Positions 54,098 through 64,000 of a DNA stretch of 64,000 nucleotides are shown here, piece after piece. A program made the translations under genes and the position numbers. Under the pieces are notes generated by a model. That model made no database searches and was not told the DNA's origin. It saw nothing but the letters and a program-made list of their open reading frames with translations. The stretch lies in assembly GCF_009914755.1 (NCBI RefSeq), contig NC_060940.1, one strand, 5' to 3'. Source of the stretch: the human T2T-CHM13v2.0 reference genome, Homo sapiens. Position 1 is the stretch's first letter, and every line of letters begins with the position of its first letter.

Positions 54098-56309
54098 CAG
54101 ATTCATTTACTAAGTCTAGCAATTTTTTGGTGTGTTCCTTATGATATACGATTCAGACAATTATGTTTTGCTTTCTTTTTTCCAATCTTTATGCATGTCA
54201 TTCCTTTTTTGTATTATTGCAATGGATAATACCATACTGAATACAAATTTTAAGAGTGAACATACTTTTCTTGTTTCCAATTTTAGAGAGAAATCATTTG
54301 GTCTTCAACCATTACGTATAATGTAGTCTGTAGGATTTTTTTATAGATGCTCTTTAACAAGTTAATAAAATTTTATTCTACTTACAGTTTACCAAGAGGT
54401 TTTATTTATTTTTTAAGGAATGGTGTTAGACTTCATCAAATGCTATTCTTTTTCTATTAATATGATCATGTAACTATTCTATTAGTGTGGTGGCTTATAA
54501 TAATTGATTTTTGAATACTAAAATAAGCTTGGATGTATGGGACAAACGCTGCCTGGTCATAATATGTGTTCCTTTTTATGTACTCCTAGATTTAATTCTC
54601 TAACATACTCTTAAAGATTTTTGCATCTATTTTTATGAGAGATATTGATTGTAAGTTTCTTGGAATTTTTTCTTTGGAGTCAGATTTTAATAGCATGATT
54701 ACATTGGCCTTGCTCAACAAGCGTGGAAGTGTTCTTGATTTCCTAAAAGTGTTTGTGTATTGGTCTTATTTCTTCCTTGAATGTTTGATAGTCACCACGA
54801 TGCTGATTAGCAATTTTTTCCAAATTGATTTTCTCTTTTGCTTGCTTCTTTTCTATTCTGTTGATTTCTGCTCTTATCTTGAACATTTCTTGTGTTTTGT
54901 TTGCTCTTTAAGCTTCTTAAGCTTCAAGCTTCTTAAATTGGAGAGCAACATATAGTGCTTGATTTCAGCCTTTCACTTTTTCTTAAATATCCACTTAGAT
55001 TTATAAAATTCCCTCTTGCAATGACTTAAACTGAATTACAAAGGTTTTAGTGTTGTTTTTTCATTAGCATTCAATTCAAAATATTTTCTAATTTCTTTAG
55101 TAATTTCTTCTTGGATTCTGGGTTATTTAGATGTATGTTTTTTAATTTCCAAATATTTGAGAGTTGTCTGAATACCTTATTGTTACTGATTTCAAATTCA
55201 ATTCTGTTGTATTCATAGTATATACTTTGTAAGATTTTAATATCAATTAAAATAAATTTAAAATAAATAAATGAAAATATAAAGATTTTAATTTCTTGAA
55301 ATGTATTGAGAATTTTTTTGCCTATTTCCCAACATGGTCTAATTTGTTGAACATCCCATCTGTATTTGGTCAGTGAGGTAAGGGTAATTTATACTGTGAT
55401 TTAGATTATATATATTTTTACTAATTTTTTTTCTACCTGTTCTTCCCTTACTGAGAGTGGGATGCTAAAATCCCTGGCTATTCTTGTATATTTGCTTATT
55501 TCTCACTCTAGTTCTATCAGTCTGTGCTTCATGCACTGGGTGCTTAGTTATTATAAGCATACGTGTTTTTGATTGATATGTCTTCCCAGTAAATTGTTTC
55601 TTTCATCATTTTACAATCTCCTCCCTTATCTCTCATAAAACTCCTTATCCCGATATCTCTTTTAATTTGGAGTTAAAATGGTAACATCTATCTTCATATG
55701 CTTACTCTATGTACCCTGTATCCTTTTAATCTCTTTATTTTCTTTTATTTTTTTTTCTTAGAAATTCAAACGTATTTATTTTACTTCTTCACTTTAGGTA
55801 AAGAAGTTTGAGTTAAGCATAGTTTCAGTTTAAGGCGTGTTATCACCATTAGTTTGTGAAAGTCTCTTCTCTTCTTTCTATGTATTCCCTAGTAGGCCTA
55901 TTCCTCCCTCCTTCAATTGGAAGCCATTTTGCTGTTCTTTAATAGTATATCGTTTTTGAGGTAAGTTCTTGAAAAATGTGTATTATTGTCCTGTATGCAT
56001 ATGTATTTTTAATTTACATGAATGAAACTGTACCTCTTTTTTTCTTATTTTCTTCACTGTGTTGTTTTTAAGATATATCTATATTTCTGTATGTACATAT
56101 AGTCCATTACTTATTGCAGCGTGGTGTCCTGTGACACGTATCTACCACAATTTACCTCTTCACTCCATTCACACCATAAATTGTACATTGCTTCATGCCA
56201 TACACACCATACATCTTTACTCTTCAGTAACAGACCCTTACAATTGCCTTCAAATTATAACTATTCCACACATAACACTATAAACAACCTCATAGTGCTG
56301 TTTTTAGAA

Positions 56310-56796
56310 CAGTGGTTCCCACCCCAGGGCCACAAACCAATACTGGTCTGTGGCCTGTTAGAAACTGGGCTGCACGGCAGGAGATGAGCAGTGGGCAAGT
56401 CAGCCAAGTCCTCCCATTACTGTCTGAGCTCCGCCTCCTGTCAGATCAGCAGTGGCATTAGAGTCTAATAGGAGCATGAACCCTATTATGAACTGCGCAT
56501 GCGAGGGATCTAGTTTGCCCACTCCTTATGAGACTAATGCCTGATGATCTGTCACTATCTCTCATCACCTCCAGATGGGACCATCTAGTTACAGGAAAAT
56601 AAGCTCACCAATTCTACATTATGTTGAGTTGTATAATTATTTCATTATATATTACAGGGTAATAATAATAGAAATAAAGTGTACAATACATATAATGCAC
56701 TTGAGACATCCTGAAACCATCCCTCCACAACCTGGTGTATGGAAAATTTGTCTTCCACAAAACCAGTGCCTGGTGCCAAAAGGCTGGAGACTGCTG
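56310..56796 (+). mobile_element. MER1A hAT-Charlie element
   Basis: CAG..CTG termini, perfect 8-bp TSD TTTTAGAA, TGAGCTCCGCCTCCTGTCAGATCAGC motif. Confidence 0.93.
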
Positions 56797-56980
56797 TTTT
56801 AGAATATGTGTAAGACTTTCTTGAGATAAATAGTTACGAATGTAATCGTTGAGCCAAGGAGTTTCACTATACTTGATTTGATCAGGTATTGTTATATTAG
56901 CTTCAGAATAGCTCTATTAATCCTTACATCCTTCAGTAGGGTATGAGGATTAACATAGCCCCATATCTTTGCCAATTCTT

Positions 56981-57479
56981 TTTTTTTTTCTTTACAGACT
57001 GTTTACTGTTTTTATTTTGCTATTATGGTAATAGACAGAAAATTATATAAAACAATATTTTGAGGGAATTTTCTCCTGGTTGGTTTTATTTTTATTTTTT
57101 ATTTTTTTTATTTTGTATTTATTTTTTATTTTATTTTATTATTATTATACTTTTAGGGTACATGTGCACAACGTGCAGGTTTGTTACATATGTATACATG
57201 TGCCATGTTGGTATGCTGCACCCATTAACTCGTCATTTAGCATTAGGTATATCTCCTAATGCTATCCCTCCCCCCTCCCCCCACCCCACAACAGTCCCCG
57301 GTGTGTGATGTTCCCCTTCCTGTGTCCATGTGTTCTCATTGTTCAATTCCCACCTATGAGTGAGAACATGCGGCGTTTGGTTTTTTGTCCTTGCAATAGT
57401 TTGCTGCGAATGATGGTTTCCAGCTTCATCCATGTCCCTACAAAGGACATGAACTCATCATTTTTTATGGCTGCATAGT
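56981..57479 (-). mobile_element. Truncated young L1PA with about 90-bp 3' transduction
   Basis: L1 3' UTR 57147-57479, A-rich tail 57084-57146, non-L1 56994-57083, second poly(A) to 56993, TSD AATTCTT (56974, 57480). Confidence 0.88.
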
Positions 57480-58219
57480 AATTCTTGACATTATCCTACT
57501 TTTAAATTTTTGCTGATTGAATAAGTTTTTTTACAAATGTTATTGCATTCTTATTTAAATTTATATTTATTTGATGACTAATACATTTGAGCATCTCTAC
57601 ATACACATTTTAGTCTCTTGGGTTTTTATATCTGTAAATTTACTTTTTCTATCATTTGCCCATTGTTCCATTGATGTTGACTCGCTCAAGTTCTTTGTAT
57701 ATCCTAGATAATCATCCTTTGTTGGTTTTAGATATTTCAAGTATCACTTCCAAATCTGTCTTTTGTCTCTTAGCTTTGTCCATAGTGTTCTTTGTTGAAC
57801 AGAAATCATTAATTTAATTTTATATCAGATTCACTGAGATTTTATTCACATACAGCAAAATGCACTAGAGATATGTGGTTCTATGACTTCGGACACTTGT
57901 ATACAGGCATGTATTAATCAAGTTGTAAAATAGTTCTGTCATCACAAAACTTTCTCTCAGGAATCTTTGTTGACAATCTTCTTCCCGTCTCCAGCTCTGG
58001 CAATCAAAAGTCTAATTTCTGTACCAGTAGTTTTGCAGTGACCAAACTGTTGTATTAACAGAATTTTAGAATAACATGTTCTGAGGATTATCCACATTAC
58101 TAAATGTATCATCACTTTTTTACTCTTATTTCTAAATAGCATTTCATTGTTCAGATATATCACAGTTTGTTTATTCGCCAATTGATGAACATTTTAAAGG
58201 TCTGTTTAAAGGCTAAAAC

Positions 58220-58541
<322 letters not shown>

Positions 58542-58555
58542 TTAAACCCATACTT

Positions 58556-58942
<387 letters not shown>

Positions 58943-61900
58943 TCATTTCCTACTTTCCTTACCACTTATTGTTTCTTGCTTCTCACTCATATACTCCACA
59001 CTGCAAAGTAATGATGCTACCACTCTGTAGTTGTATGTGTGACCTCCAGTCCTTCGTGCAATTGTCATCACACCCTTCACTTCTAAATATTATAAATTAT
59101 ATTTTTGCTTTAAATAGTTGGTTGTATTTTAAGTAAATTATAAGTTGACAAATATTTTTAAAAATATTTATATATTTTAAAAATGATTTCTAGTGCACCT
59201 TATTCCTTCCTGTAGATTCAATTTTCCATCTTTCTCTTTTGCTTGGGTATCATTTATCTTTTGCCTGAAGACATCCTTTAACATTTCTTACAGTGCATAT
59301 CTATTGGTGACAAAGTATCTATACTTTTATTTATCTTAAATTATCTGTATTTCACCCTAATGTTTGAAAAAAAATATTTTTTAGATAGAGAATTGTGTTG
59401 AAAGTTTAAAACATTATTTTTATCACTACAAAGATATTATTTCATTATCTTCTTTTATCAATTGTTTCTGATAAGAAAGTCTGTATTCATTCCATTCCTG
59501 TTCCTATGCACATGATATATCTGAGATTTTTGTGGTGCGGTAGGAGGTTAGTGGTTCTTGCTGCCTTGAAGAATTTCCCTTTATCTTTGCTTTTCAGGAG
59601 TTTCACTATTATGTGCTTAGGTGTGGTTCTCTCTTTATCCTGCTTGGATTTTGCTAAAGATTCTTGAACCAGTAAGTCAGGCTTTTTGTTTATTTGTTTG
59701 TTTAATTTTTCATCAACATGTTGAAGACTTCGAACATTATTTCTGCATTTATTTTCTACTCCAGTTTTTTTCTTCTTTTATTTCAGGTGATGATTCATAT
59801 TATCTCACAGTTCTCTGAGGCTCTGTTAATTTTTCTCCCAAATTTTTATTGCTATTTTCCAAATTGGATAAGTTCTATTAATTTGTCCTTAGAATTACTG
59901 ACTTTTTTCTTCATTTCCCAATCTGATCTTAAGTTCCTGCAGTGAATTTTTCATTTTAGTTATTTTGCTTTAGGTTTTCCAAATTTCCATTTGCTTCTTT
60001 TCACTATAATTTTCTTTTTCTTTTCTGATGAGTTGCCCTCTGTTTGTTAAGACCACATTTTCCTTTAATTCTTGAATATATTTATAATAATGCTTTATAT
60101 TCTGTCTTCTAATTCCCCCATGGACCATCAGGTTCAATTTCTGTTGACTTTTTTCTTTATCATGAATCACAGATTTTTGATTTTTGTTTTTCATTTATTT
60201 ATATTTTTATTTTTTTACACTTTGGAAAGTTTAGATTTTTGTATTTTTCCCCTGGAGAATGTTGACTCTTTTTTTAGCAGTCAGTTCAATTACTATCTGA
60301 TCATCTTAAACTTATATAGGCTTGGCTTCATACTTTGTAGGTGGGAATTTGTGTACAGTGTTTCTCAAATGATTTAATACTGTTGAGGCTCAATTTCCTA
60401 GAAGATTGTTCTAGGACTTGTTTTATGCTTTGTAAAAATAAGTCTAGGATAGGTTTTGTTCTAGGGCATGACAGAAAGGTCTAGTCATGAGCTTTCTGTG
60501 ATCTCTGCTGAGTGGCAGGTATTTTAATAGGGTATGAAGAAGATCTCTTTAGTCTGACAGGGCCTGAATTATGAAGTCTTCCAGCTGGCTCTTCTGTGTG
60601 ACTGATTATTCTCCAGTATTTTTGATCTCCTATTAACCTCACAGCAGCTGAGACTGGGCAAGCCTTGTGATCTTGACCTGCCTATGTGCATCTCCGTCCT
60701 CTGCCAGGGACTTGTGTGAGACCTCCTTGTAGACTCCTCGGCCTTCCTCTCTGCAAAAGTTCCTCCTTTCCCATTCCCTTTTCATCAGATTTTCATTTGT
60801 TACCCATGAGTTCCCCTCAAATCTAATCTCAGAAGTACTGCTATATCCTTCTTGGAATTGTTTCTGTGCTGCTTTAGGAAATTGTTCCTTGTTAGAGAGC
60901 TGGGGGATTGTGGTGATTGCCTCAAGAGTTTTCCTTCTGTTTGAGATTTCATGCTTGCATTTCCTACTTAAGAACTATTGTCTCATAAATTTTATCCAAC
61001 TTTAGTGTTGTTTAATTGAGAGGTTTAGTTTGGTGCCAGTTTAATTATGGCCAGAAACAGAAGTCTCTGCTGCATAAACCTTTATTGAAGGATAAATAAA
61101 TCAGTGAAAGAAGTAGATACTTCTATCTGTATGACTCACTAGATAATGATGACTTTCTAGATATATAATGCCCTCACCCTCTCCAGCTGACATAATCACC
61201 TGAACTTACCTATTCTTGGGCAAGGAGTAGGCAATTTGATTCTAGAAAGAGATATACCGCTTACTTCACTTAAATTATGACTCTAGTAAGACTCTTCTGT
61301 CAAATGTGGTGTGCAAAGCTCTTATACTTACTTTACAAGTGAAGATTACTTGATCCTAAACATAAGTTTATAGATGAGACCACAGAACTCAATATGGACC
61401 CTGAGGCTGTGTAAAATCTCCACTCTTATCTTGCTGGTGTCACTCTGATCTCATCCCTCTTGTTTAGAACTTTAAGTTGTACCAACTCACCAGTACACTG
61501 TGTGATCATCTACCCATTAGATGACACAGGCCCTTCCATGCCCCCCAATAGCCACTACCATTCCTTACTTCTATTCCAGACTTTCCTCCTTTTCTGCTTC
61601 TTTCTAGTTTTCACTCTTCTAAATATTTAGCTTGATTCCCATTTCCAGCCTTTTTTTTTTTTTTTTTGCAGTTTTGACCAGGGTTGAACATAAATTAAAT
61701 CCTTACTGTTAAGGACATTCATGGCTAAAAGGCTAAAAATTAGGGAAATCCTCTTCTTCTTGCTGTCCCTAAATTCATACATACATTCTTTTAATATGGC
61801 AGTAAAAAAGAATCAGAAATTTTCAATAGGCATCAGCCAGAAAGTTTTTCTTAACTATGCCCTTTTCTTTGTGTACTTGAAATAATATTAAGCAATGATT

Positions 61901-62283
61901 TCAAAAACCCTTCTTTGTTTTCTAAGCCCTCTTCTGTTACAATTTATCTTCTTACGTTGTTTTAGGAGTTGGAACAAGGAAGATTCCCACCTCTTTTGTC
62001 TCCATCAACCACAGTCCAGCTCCATGAACATGACCTGCTTTCCTAGCATTTAAGGTTACCTATATCCCTTTTGAAATCCACAATGATTGATGGTTATCCA
62101 GCTTTTACTTTCTTAATTTGGAAGTTCTTTTAATAGAAATATTACATATAACCAAGCAGTAAATGTTTTTATAATGTTGAGAAAGAGATATTAAATGTTA
62201 CTTAACATTAACACCATTTGCTCTTGCCTTGCTATAATCTATGTTGATTATTTCTAGGTAGTGGGATGGCTCAAGCCTTTCTT

Positions 62284-62355
62284 CAGGAGTGGGACTAGAG
62301 TGAGGCAAGTGAGATACCTAGGGCACAACGTTTATGGAGGCTTTCACTCTCAGAA
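62284..62355. mobile_element. Half of a MER91-like MITE
   Basis: GGACTAGAGTGAGGCAAGTGAG..CACTCTCAG resembles the arm at 20218. Confidence 0.55.
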
Positions 62356-62636
62356 TCATTTAATCACCAATTTTAACCTGGTAACAGTTGATCAAGCCAA
62401 GGCCATCTTTTACAATGTGGTGAATACTTGTCATATAGCAAATAATTCAGTACCTCCACTAACCACCACACTTAATTTAGCACAATTATATCAATCTGTT
62501 TTGACTGTCTCACAAACTCAGATCTTCCTGCCATCTACCAGCTGGCCAGTACTTTCCTTTCTTCCTTTCTTTTTCCTCCTCTCTTCAATTCTTCCTTTAT
62601 CTGTTGTCTTTAAAATATCAATTCAGACTCAGTTTT

Positions 62637-64000
<1,364 letters not shown>

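Overview
AT-rich, repeat-dense primate genomic DNA (Alu, L1PA, THE1 and HERV-K content; most likely human or another great ape). No intact protein-coding gene is supported: the long ORFs in the track are L1 ORF2, HERV-K env, Hsmar2 transposase or Alu-derived. The main non-repeat feature, missed by the ORF track, is a decayed intronless double-homeobox retrocopy resembling DUXA (37619-38484, +), split by a short L1PA insertion. Also present are a multiply deleted HERV-K(HML-8)/MER11 provirus, MaLR elements, a full-length Hsmar2 mariner with a nested LTR8A, an L1 carrying a 3' transduction, an L1 associated with a deletion, and three templated-insertion repair scars. I found no evidence for a genuinely new biological system. 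Repeat subfamily names and the DUXA comparison come from my recollection of consensus and protein sequences, not from a database search. Boundaries of old elements are approximate.
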